From Lama glama (lineage: Eukaryota): DNA of 64,000 nucleotides. The DNA is taken from assembly GCA_028534125.1 (NCBI GenBank), contig CM052817.1, positions 60,390,001 through 60,454,000 on the forward strand, in the 5' to 3' direction. The stretch's first letter is position 1; each line of letters starts with the position of its first letter. The notes under the pieces were generated by a model. That model was given only the letters and a program-made list of their open reading frames with translations, was not told the origin of the DNA and did not search any database. A program made the translations under genes and the position numbers. Of this stretch, positions 52,172 to 64,000 are shown in pieces.

Positions 52172-55100
52172 TATGTTTAATAGTAGGTTATATATAGATA
52201 TTTAATAATATGTAAGAATATACATAATATAAATAGATACATAGTTGGTTTCCAAGATCTAAGCTAGTGATCTCCCCATCACCTTTTTATGCCTCTTACT
52301 AAATATTCATTCCACCATTACAGATATCGGTTACCTTTTAATTAGTGGCTTTTTGCATTGCTCTCTTTTAGTAACATTCAATTATAAAAAATCAGAGAAG
52401 TTATGCCAGCTCATTAGTTATGCATGAAGATGTTAACCTAGACCTAAGGAAATTATAGTCCTCTTTTAGTGGATAGTTCCTCAGATAATGAGTGGAAGCA
52501 TTAACTTTCTGTGTACAACATAGCAATAAAAAAGTTTCAGAGCTTCTTTATAATATGGTGCCACAGTAAAGCATGGATTTTAGTTGTGTATCCATGTATA
52601 TCTTGTATATCTTGTATAATTAAAGGGACGAGGCACATTTACCTCCAGATGCTTAAGTACCTTTCTGGTATAATTTATTTTCCTTCCCCAAAGAACAATG
52701 TGCTCATAAAAAAATGTCCTGAACATTGAGTATTCATGAAAAGGCCAACAGATACTGCATGGTTTTGAAATCATGCTTTTATAAAATCACAGAATTTTAA
52801 ATTACTCTAATAAGTGTGTTTATTAAAATTAATTAAGGTTAGAAAAAGGCACATAGCTGAGATTAGTAAAAATGCATTGCAATAAAGAAGATAGGCTAAG
52901 TTACTCTAACAGGTAGACCCAAAATGCAATGTCTGAACATAGCAGAGATTGGTTTCAGTGTTAGCATAAGACTACTTTACGGAGTAGGGAAGTGGGGTCT
53001 GCTCCATGACCTTGAGCTATTGTGATTAAAGATTTATTTCTTTATCTGCTGTAATGTGCTCATATTTTTTCGTTTCAAAAATATAAAGAAAAATGTTTAA
53101 TAGTTTAGTATTCAAGAGTAAAAGAGAGACAGGAGTAAGAGAATATTTCCTAAGCAAAGGACGGTGGTATGGCTAGTGGTATCATGGCCTTAGATGAAAT
53201 ATTTGCCTTTCTCCTTTACTGAAACACACGATTGAGCCAGTACCAACATACTATTTTCTGCTTCTGCCTGAAAGTTTATTTCAAGACAAAGTGTGAAAGT
53301 TGAGTAAATTTTGTGGTCTAGACACATTATCAATGTTATCATTATAGACACATTATTATGTTATCATTATCATATCAAGAAGGTAACTCTTACCTTCTAC
53401 TTATTTCATAAATTTTGTTACACAAAGTAAGTCTTTACTTAAGTTCTACAGGTTAATACAGAGTTCTCATAGACTGAATTTTGCTTAATCTTGCCACACG
53501 GTCCACATTGTCTAAATGGGGATAATTTAAGCTAAATTGAGTCATTTCTTCATTCTGCTAATAATATTGTTCCAGAAGTACTTTCAATCTATATTTTGGT
53601 TTTCATTCTCTTTTCTATAAATACTTCATATTTCTATATGTTAGTCATGTGGGTTTTCCCCCCATATTCAATATAATTTCTCTCTCTTTTTTTAATACAG
53701 AGAACTACTTTCCTTATATCTGAGTCTCTAGTTTGTATTCCATTAAATTCTTATGGCGTTCTCATTTGTTTTTTTAACAGTTTTGTTGCTAATGAATTAC
53801 TTATGATTTGTCTAAGATGATTAAAGAAAAACAGTTATAAAATTAGAAATAAAGGGTTTTTTTTAGCTAAAACTGAAAACTGCATGAGTCGTATTTTCTA
53901 CATTAAGTTTCACCTAGAAGTTGAGCATTAGTTCAAAAAATGATAATAATGATACAACTCAAAAATAGATAACATATCCTCACTTCTCTGATACTGTATT
54001 ATATATACACATTAGTAAGGTCATAGGAATCTATATGATGTATATGGAAATGGTATAAAGTTTATACCACATTTTTTTTGAATTCTGCAAATAATTATAT
54101 ACTTTAAGAAAGTGTTGAATCACATAAAAATATATTTCCATTTGTATTTTTCATAATTCAGTGCATCTTTCAGTAGGTATTTCTCAGAATACCCTCAAAG
54201 AATAACCCTCAAAAGTAATTTACACTTTATAACAATTCCTTGCTAGCTATTAGAAAGTATCTTCAATTAAAACCTAATCTGCAGGTATTGTTGCTGAAAA
54301 TAACAGAATAATCTCTTTCAAATCAGTTTAACCTATTATATGTCTATTTGCTCCATGGCATGAGTTATAAACCATGTCTTAGAATATATATGATAAACTG
54401 TATAGAATGGAAACCTTGATTAAAAAAAGTTACCGCTACTATACACACGCAGAGACACACACACACACAGAGGAGGGTCACTTTTAGGTCCTTAGCTGAG
54501 GATCATTTCAAATCAGTTTATCCATAGCTATCCAGACAAGATTGTTGCCTACATGTAGTTCACTTTTCTTTTAACATAAGTTTTCTTTCTGTTCATGTTA
54601 CTAGTGGTCTAAAAGCTATTGAAATTACCCACCTATAACATATGCTAGTATAAATGTTTATTGCTTTTAGTCTTTACATTCAGGTAATTTTATGATTGGA
54701 TCTCCTTAGAATACACTTGCACAAAACTTTTCAGAACATAGAGCATTTTACTTTGTCAAGACGATAACAAACACATACACAGGGATGTAGATGATAAGAA
54801 TGTTAAATTAGAGCCAGATTATGGAGGAATGTGTACTTAGGTGTTTCTTAGGTAGGTAATAGAAGGTCATCAAAATTTATTTGGAGTAGGAAATATGATT
54901 GGAACTCTACTCTAAGTTAAAATCACTAAAGTGTTACTTATTTTTTTTTCAATTGAAGCCTTTGTTTTTCTGGGCTTTTGATTATATTTTCAAACTTAAT
55001 TAGCAAGTCTACAGTCATTTGCAAGATGAACACATGCTTCCACAGTGTTTTACTAATGGTTTCCATCTTCAGTTGAGTAACACAGACCTTTCTAACTTGT

Positions 55101-55198
55101 AGTATACATTTTTTTGCCATTTGGCAAGTATATCTATTTAGTTTGGTTTGTTTTCCACAATTAATGCTGACTGATAACTGGGTTCTTTTCTCTTCCAG

Positions 55199-55252
55199 GT
55201 TGTGGAGACGAATTTGGTTGCTTTTGACTGTCACTGGATCATTATAAATGAG
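55199..55252 (+). CDS. GRID2: GRID2 internal coding exon (probable exon 5), amino-terminal domain, 18 codons VVETNLVAFDCHWIIINE
   Basis: Polypyrimidine acceptor ttcttttctcttccag ends at 55198, with a branch-like ctgac near 55167. Donor is GAG|gtaaac. The translation matches the recalled GluD2 sequence and joins the next exon in frame. Confidence 0.96.
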
Positions 55253-58200
55253 GTAAACTAAACTAAACCTTGCTGTTAACTCTGGGTCCTGTTGTCATAT
55301 GTATCGTCACAGCATTCCTAGGGCCTTGAATTTCTACCAAGAGACAGAACACAAAGTAAACTTTCAGCTTACTGAGTGGATGCTGTTAGATAAAGATAGA
55401 ATAAGGAGGGTTTTTTTTAAATTATAAAGGGCTTTGCATGAATGAAATACATGGAGAACGTATTCCCCACTGAGCATCTTTTAGCCTTTTCCGTTGGCAC
55501 ACACTGCCTACTTCGGGAGATCATCTTTATGAAAAGTACACTCTTCTTTGTCAGCACAGTGAATTCCTCCCAGTGGAGTGCTTATGCTCCATTTATATTT
55601 TACTGTTGCTTCTAGAACTTTTATATCCACCCCCCTTTACACAAGGATTAAATAGTTCAGCACATGAATATGAATAAACAAGAGCAGATTGTTTTTCTTT
55701 TCATAAAGCAATACAATTGTTTTAAAATTCACCCACTTGTCAAATCCCTTGTGAAAGTTTTTTGAATTTTCTAAGGACCATACATAAGGTAAAAATACAC
55801 TATTACAATATGAGAGCCCTCTGAAACAAATTATTCAATTAGCACCTGCCAGTCAGAATTGGAGAGGACAGTGAGAGGTCAGTCAGGGATGAATAATGAC
55901 ATCATGTGAATCTGTTCTCAACAAGACCTAGGATTCAACATATCTATCACTTATGAATAAAAATTATGTGTTATTTATCAACATACTAAATATTGAATGA
56001 TCGAATAACAAGTTTTGTCTCAGGAACAAAACAGCATTTTGGGCAAGAATACTGGTTTTGCAATTAGCCAGATCGGCTCCATCCTGGCTATACAACTGGT
56101 TAGCCGTGTTACTATGGAAATATAGTATAATCATCCTGTGCCTTGGGTTGCTTTGTTTGTATGTATAATAACATTTACTTTACAAGTTCATGATAAACAT
56201 TAAGTGAAGTATTATCCAGTATCCGTAACACAGTCCTGACAAAAGACAATAAATAGTGCTGCAGTAATGAGAAGAGCACGGTGAAGTTCACAGATCACTT
56301 TCTCACACATTATTTTGTTGAACGCTAAATATTATTATGAAGCAATGAGGGAGTAAGGACCATGGAAAGCATATGATTTGTCTCTTCTTACACAGAAAAG
56401 TAAAAATGGTTCTCAGTTCAAGTGGTTTCTACTGCACCACACTTCATTGATGGAGTTTTAGATCCCTTGTTGGCTCTTTTTCATTCAATTTAAAGGCACT
56501 GGAGACATCTTATAAATCTGTTGTTGGTCTGCCAAACGTTAGGTCTACATGATTTGTCAGTGAATTTCTTATGTCAAATTAGGATGTGTTTTTCTGAGAT
56601 CCCCACAGATAATGTGTGTATGTGAGATCTGCTTTTCAATAAAGTTTTTAATAACTTTAATGTTCTAATACCACTCAAGTTTCCATCTCGAATGACTAGA
56701 TATCAAGATAGAGTAAAAGGAAAAGGGAAACTTAACAAACCTTCATAAGAACTTTTCAAATGAGGTATTTTCATTTCTATTTTTCTACAAGGAATCCAAT
56801 CAGATAAATTAAACAGTTTGCCAAAATTTACACAACTATGAAGAGGTGATAATGGAATGTAAAACCTTTTAGTCCTTTCCAACCTAAAGCTTTGATTGTT
56901 CTTGCTTCATTTTCTTTTGCTTCGATAGTTTTCCTTACAGATTATATTTTTGAAATTTCTGCTACCTAAATTTCAATCTTATAGGAGCCACATCTTGTTA
57001 CTTTTTGTCTTTAGCTTATTATTTTCTAGGCTACTATTTTTTGGAGTAGAGACTCCTCCTAATTCCTGTTTTTGTCTCACCTTGCTTTTATTCCCCACCT
57101 ACTGACGGCGGATAGACCACACAGGCTTTTCTGTTGTAAAACAAGCTGGAGCCATTTTACTTGTTTGCATCAGTAGAGCTGACTAGGGGGAAAAAGTGAT
57201 TTCTTGCCTCCTTAGAGGCATGGATTAATCAAGCCTATTAATGCCTATAATGTATAAATGGAAATGCCTATTCCTTTTTATTCTTTGGCAAAATTGCAGA
57301 AGGGACCCCTGAATTAACTTTTTTCCATATTCAATTTAACTTCTAGCACTATACCTGAATATTAAAAGTATGAACCCAGGTAAAGAGAGCTTTCCAGAAT
57401 ACCAGTGGCCGTCTGTCTAACGCGTATTTGTCAGTTTGTACTGTGGAAGAAATCGCTTCTTCATATTATAAAGAGGAAATCTGACTGAGTAAACTAGCAT
57501 GCATTTCATTGATGATGATTATCTTGGAAAGAATAATACAGTTGTATTTTAATATATATTTAATAAATATTATAACTCCTTTTGCTGAACTTATTAAATT
57601 TTATTTCATAAAATATTAGAAGGGCAAATGATGTCTCCAAATGGACATTCCATAATTTGGGCCACCATTTTGCAAAGAAAACATCCACACAAACAAAGCA
57701 ATCTAACCAGCAAATAACTCAATGAATGCTAGAAGTGTAGAAGACAGTATAGAAGACCTCAGTTCTGTTCTCCCCTTCACACTTGGGTTTTCTACTGTAA
57801 ACTGTCATAACTATAACTTCACTTTACCATTACTGGAACTCTTATCTCTGTTTTACCCACAGCCCTCCTTGCTAGTCCTTGAGCAGAGATATCGTTTTAG
57901 CAGGACAGCAAGTCAGTGCTACTTAACCTTTGAAAAATTTGATGTTCACAGCACACACTGTTTACATCGGTCATTATATTTTCTAAGCTAGGTTACAACT
58001 CAGAGATCAATCTGTATTTTCATCCCGAACAAAGACCATCCTTCAAGATATCTGTGGTCAGCACCCTTTCTTCCATGTGATTCCATTCAATCACCTCATT
58101 CTCTCCAAAGGAAACTTGAGTCTCACTACCTTTATTTCATTTACAGTCCCGTTTATAATGGATGAATCATAATTTACCCTAGTCTCCATAAAAGAATAAA

Positions 58201-61200
58201 CAAGGATTTCTCAAATTTGCTAGGAAGATAGACTCTAAAAGGATCAACAACCACAAAACCCAACAACATGCAGATGCCCATTTTGACTGAACGTGGGAAT
58301 CACGAATGTGTCTAGTTTGGTTTGTGTAGCTACTATTTTGTTGCTAATTTTAAAATGGCTTGCAAACATTTATTTAATCTCATTGCACCAAAAGTTTCTC
58401 AAAGGGAAACTATAAATCAAAGTTGGCATTGTGCATCATGATACAAATTGATGTTGAGACTTGAAAACAATGTATTTTTTTCATTTGCATCAAGTGTGCT
58501 ATAATAATGAGAGTCCGTGCTAGCTCATATGGTGTAATCAATCATCTGTTAGTAGTTGGTAATAGTATTTATCTTCTCTCTGCAATCAGTGGCTGCAGCA
58601 CAGAACAGCCTTTCCACATAGGTACTGTCATCCCTTCAGGGTCCTGAAGCAGATGGCCTAGCACTTTATTTAAGTTTTACAAAAGTTAGACATTCAGATA
58701 GGAAGCTATGCACTGTTTAGAGCTGCAAGCAGCATAATGCTATGTGCACCCTTCTATTAGCTGTTGATACTCAGCCTGACCTTTGGTGTCCTGACTTCTT
58801 ATTTAAATAGTTTAAGCCATTATTTTCTGTTCATCACTACTGAATTGTGCCGTTAAGGAGAAGTTCTTATTGTTCTTTTGAGATTTGAAAAGCCTAAGTG
58901 TGTAATGAATATGTCAAGCAGAAAGCTGCCATTCTGCTCCTCTTCCTGTTTTTACAGTCTACAGCTGGTGTTGTTTCACATTTCATAATATTTGTATGAG
59001 TTATTTCGCATTAACATTAAACTTGATGGAAGCATCAAAGGGTCATCTTTGCAAAAACATGAAGAATATAAACGTATCAGCAAAACAATACCAACGAAAA
59101 GCATAATCTTTTTAAATGACACCACATAGTACACTGCTTAATATCATTACTAAAATTTGCTTTATTTAGAATAGATCACATTATTAAAGCATCCCAGTGC
59201 CTGTACGTACAGTCGTAGGCATCTATCTTTAGAAGGTGTTTGGGTAAAGTCTTCATTTTTTTTTATCATTCATTTGTTTTTTAAATTTATCAGTATTTAA
59301 TAAGTATCTGCTAGGAGGCAAGAACTTTGTAACATTTTAAGAAGTAAAAGAACAGGAAAAGGAGGAAGGGGCCCCTTCTCTAAAATAGTTTATATAGTAG
59401 AGATTGGCATCTGATCTAATGGATTTTGAGAGTCTTTCCTTCACCAGAATTCTATTAACTCAAGCCTAAAGCTGATACCCTACAAGGATTCAGGAGTGAT
59501 CCAGTTTTCCTAAAAGATTTGTTCTGGGAAGCGGCTGTTTCTGGATGGAGTTGTATCCCTACCAAATATTTTAGCTTTCCTCTTTCTTGTCTCTTACACA
59601 GTTCAGAGTCCATCCTACATTAAACTGGCACAGCAAAGTGAACAAGAATCTTCTCTTGGATTTATTGACTTGATTCTTAATAATTTTTGATTATCCATGT
59701 AAATTATTTTGGGGGAAAAGACTGTATGCCTTGCTCCTAAAGAAGAAAAATTGAGAAAAGTTAGGTACACTAAAATGTATTTGTTCATTTGTATTGCACT
59801 GTTAGTTCTTATTTCATAAATACACTTAGTCAAAAAATAACACAAAAAAGAAAAGTAATTTTACAATTTAGCTTCTTTAAATTCTTTCAAATAAAGGAAA
59901 CGTCTATGTCTTTATAGAGATGAGCACATTTGGGTAGTATGGGTGGTTTGAGAGAGTGAGTGGCAAACTAGTTCTTCACATGGTTATTTTAAAAAAATCA
60001 GATGGTTTAAACATTTTTAAAGTTCAGAGCATTAGAACAGTATAGATTCCAGTAGATTATACAGTAGTTCCATGTTTTAATACGGAAGTTTACTTACGGA
60101 TTTCTTTTTCATTTAAAATATCTCTTGATAGATTAAGGATTCCCTTGGCTTTTAGTGTTTATATAACATTGCATCTGCTACTCTTGAAATGCACCTTTTG
60201 AAAATGCAGTTCTGTAAATATAAAGCAGCTGCCTAATCAAGTTTTCATATCACTATCAAACTATTTTTGAGATCAGGTGTCAAAATTAAGACTGCAAGTG
60301 AATTTTTTGTGACAGACTGTCTGTTAACTTCATTCAGAATGGCAGATTCTTTCCTCCCAGAAAATTACTTTCTTTTTCCTTTCCCAAATAATAATAGGCA
60401 AAATATACTCAATTCATATTGACATTTTCTCAGATATAGTTTAGTCGCTTAGACACGTGAGAACTTCTGTAAAAGTTAGCCATCCCCTTTTGTGGGTTTA
60501 AAAATAGTCCTCTTAAAGACTTTAGCTCATGATAGATGACTTTATCATTCCTTGTAGAGTCATCAGGCTATTAAATGCTGGAATAATATATCTTTAGAGT
60601 TTTAATTCCTATCATTCATGAATATTAATCTAAATAATTCCTGTAAGTAAAAATGGATTTCTTGTATAATTATTTCAGAGAATGTCTCTTGTGATGACAT
60701 TTATGAATTCATACTATGAATAGAGAATATTCTGAATGAAGGGCTTGGAATCTTCTGTTTATTTATCAGTGAGAATAACAGTATCTGCATCAGAATGTAA
60801 TTTTTAGCAGTAAATAAGATAATAGGTTATGTACTTAGCATTTTGCTTAATATATAGTAAGGACTTAATAAATGTAAGTTTTTGTTCTAATATTCTGATT
60901 TGTAGTTCACCATGAGTGGGACATGTAGAAACAATGCTGTTTGACAAAATGTTGATAAACCTACTGCTAAAGAAAAAAAGACCACGTATACAACACAACT
61001 TAGTCAAGGTTATGAGAAAAGTTAGTTTTTTCATTGTCCTTTTAAATGAAAATTCCTGTCTGCACAATGTGAAATTTTTTTTAATGTAAAGATAATTGAA
61101 TAGCAATAGTAATTAACTTTAAAAGTTTTCTGGTTAAAGTTCAGGCTTAAAATGGAGTTGACAGTACACTAATTTTACTCTGAGTAGATGACAGAGAATT

Positions 61201-62658
61201 AAAAAGTGACCTCCTTTTTGCCAGGCAGAAGTTTTGGTGGCCAGTGAAGTGACACACACTGAAGGAAAAAGACGGCATTTTAAACTGAGGAAAATCACTT
61301 TTTATGGTACATTAAGGATTAATCGACTGAAAATCCAGGATATTACACTAGATACAGCTGATGGCAGGTGTTATTTTATTTTCAGAAAAATCAATATTTC
61401 ATAAAGATCATAAATAAAGGATGAATGTTAAAGCCACTACGTGCTATAAGAAAGAATAATATGTGATTAGCCTAGTAAGGAAATGAAGAAAATATACACT
61501 TGTAAATCATCTCTTTCTCTTCCATTATTCTGTTATAAGTCTTTGAAACAAAACTGAGAAATGGCTCACTCCAGTCCGAAACGTCTCTTGTGTCAAATCT
61601 TTTATTTCTGTTGCCATAAGAATCTATTGAAACCAATGATATATTAATTGTAAAGACTTCATTGGTTTAAAAGGTTCCAGATGGGCACTTTGAAGCACAA
61701 ACGGCCTAAGTAAAAGACTGCATTAAAATTAAATTTATTCTGATCACTTCTATTCTGACAAATTCCAATTAGAACAATGTTCAATTAGAACAGGTATATG
61801 TTGTAAAAATAATATTTTATTTTTATTACTTCTACATTTATGATTGAGTCAAATCCTAAAATTTAAGTTTGGAGTTAGGAGTTGGTGGGGAAAAGGAAAT
61901 AGAAATTGCTTTTCTTTGAGTTTCACAAATGCTCATATGCAAAATAGTATTAATTTGTATAAAGAGCACTGGAGTTTACACTATATTAATCAACATAATT
62001 TTTCATCTTTATGTTAAGACCACAATTATATACTAAGTTAATTATTCAACAGTTAGTGAGCACTTTATCTATTCCTTACCAAGAGAAATGTATGAATTAA
62101 CATCAATAGTTCAAAGAAATCATTAGGAAAAGTCTTTTTGAAAATAACATCTCCTCTTTTTCTCTCTACCTATCTTATTTAAGAACCCAATTTTTCATTG
62201 CTAAGAACGATATATATTACTCTTACATTGCAACTATCTTCCTAGGTACTCAAGGTACTTTGAAATCCATTAACGAATAATTAAGCATAAAAGCAACTTA
62301 CTTTCTGACTTTTCCCAATGTTTATACAACACATTTTTTTCTGAAGTTTTCAATATACTATAAACTTATTATTGATAAAGTATATTTAAGTCAGTTACTG
62401 TGTTTCAAATTATTTAAGTATTAATTAATTATATACATAATGTATATAATTTGAAGTACAGACAGCAACTACATTAAAATTGATTATTTTAATGAATGTG
62501 TGTTGTTGTTTTCATTTGGATGTGGGCTAAGCATTAAACAAATGTATTACAGTAACAGGATCCCTTAACATTTCCAGATAACAACTCATTGATAGTTTTG
62601 TGTTTCTGTTACTGTATTAAATAAAGCATTTCTAATTCTTCCATTTCTTATCTTATAG
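55253..62658 (+). other. GRID2: GRID2 GT-AG intron, 7406 nt, phase 0
   Basis: Begins gtaaac and ends ttatag, between two exons that are contiguous in the protein. Confidence 0.93.
56030..56440. mobile_element. Degenerate MIR fragments (sense 56030-56260, antisense 56280-56440)
   Basis: ggttttgcaattagccagatc...catcctggctatacaactggttagccgtgttact, then cactttctcacacattattttgttgaac. Confidence 0.45.
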
Positions 62659-62937
<279 letters not shown>

Positions 62938-63244
62938 TGAACTCGTCTCTGCTAGCAATTTCATAAATCTGATGGAGAGAGCACTAAGAATCCATCTTTG
63001 ATCAGTCTGACCTCATTACAGCGAAATGTATCCTTGTTTAATAAAAATACAATAAGCAAAGGTTATTTTCTTTTCAGCAAGTAGATTGGTAACATTTCTC
63101 ATGGTAGAATTTGTGATTGATACTCTTTAATGCCAAACTCCAAAGCATTAAGCTAATAAATATGTTTGACTTTTCTGGCTTAACAAGGACATAGAAGTTT
63201 TTTTTTTTCTTTTAAAGGTAATTTCTGGTTTGAAGAGCTGCACC

Positions 63245-63275
<31 letters not shown>

Positions 63276-64000
63276 AACTTGGAAGTCCAAAAACTGCTGT
63301 AGTGTTATAAACTCAGATGAGATGTAGCTGAAACCTTTGCTATTCAGAACACAACAAAGAATTTGAAAGTAAATGAATACAATCTCTGAGCAGCAAAATA
63401 AAATCCACCAAGTCCTTACAGCTTGCTCATAAGAATTCCCTTTTAATATTCATCTGGAGCCTATTTCTTTTTCTTAAGGAAAATCCATCAGGATCTCTTT
63501 TCGTTTTATTTCTCTTTGCACTGGATATCTCAGTATGTCAGTTTGAAGGAGATATAACCAAGGCAGGCACATGGACAAGAATTGAGCTCCATAAGAAGTG
63601 CTCTTTAAACAGGCAAGAGACAAGAAAGAAGAAATCAAACAAATACACTAATTCAAATATCCCATCAAAACAGAGATTTCCCTGTAAAACAGCTCTACAT
63701 CGTAAAACAGTTCCTAAGGGTATCACTGTAGTATATTGCCAGCATGTTAGTTAATATTTAAACAGTAAACCTGCAGTATCAACAAAGATGAAAGTCATGG
63801 TCAATTTCAAAAGTGAAAAGAAATGTATGACATATTTTAGAAACCTATTTCTTCAAAACATTCAATATCGAAAACATTTTAGTTCTCAGAGATGTTCAGT
63901 GTGAAAAAATAATCCTAGGAGAACTAGTTCATTCCCAATGATACTAAATAGATGAGTTGATTTTGCAGACTTTTTGAACGATGACTCCGCAGCTTCCCTA

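Larger units (their letters stand above)
1..55198 (+). other. GRID2: 3' portion of a very large GRID2 intron (probable intron 4)
   Basis: No GluD2-like coding segment was found upstream of the 55199 acceptor; the sequence is repeat-rich and AT-rich. Confidence 0.85.

Overview
AT-rich mammalian intronic DNA from GRID2 (ionotropic glutamate receptor delta-2, GluD2), transcribed on the + strand. Only two coding exons are present, both phase 0/0 and both in the amino-terminal domain. The first is 54 nt (55199-55252, VVETNLVAFDCHWIIINE) and the second is 174 nt (62659-62832, EINDLDVQ...DPFAQNME); by recollection of the human gene they are exons 5 and 6. The rest is intron containing ancient MIR, L2, CR1, MaLR/ERVL LTRs and hAT DNA transposons, plus younger L1s. 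The L1 3' ends look cetartiodactyl and I saw no Alu, B1/B2, Bov-A, PRE-1, CHR or Can SINEs, which tentatively suggests a camelid. The most structured region is a nested retroelement cluster at 33.8-38.4 kb. It comprises an internally deleted host L1, a solo LTR with a perfect 6-bp TSD, a twin-primed inverted L1, a TSD-flanked 3'-truncated L1, and a ~240-nt pure-purine microsatellite. A candidate intronic-polyadenylation GluD2 isoform follows the second exon. I found no evidence of a new multi-gene system. Repeat subfamily names are from visual recognition and repeat boundaries are approximate.
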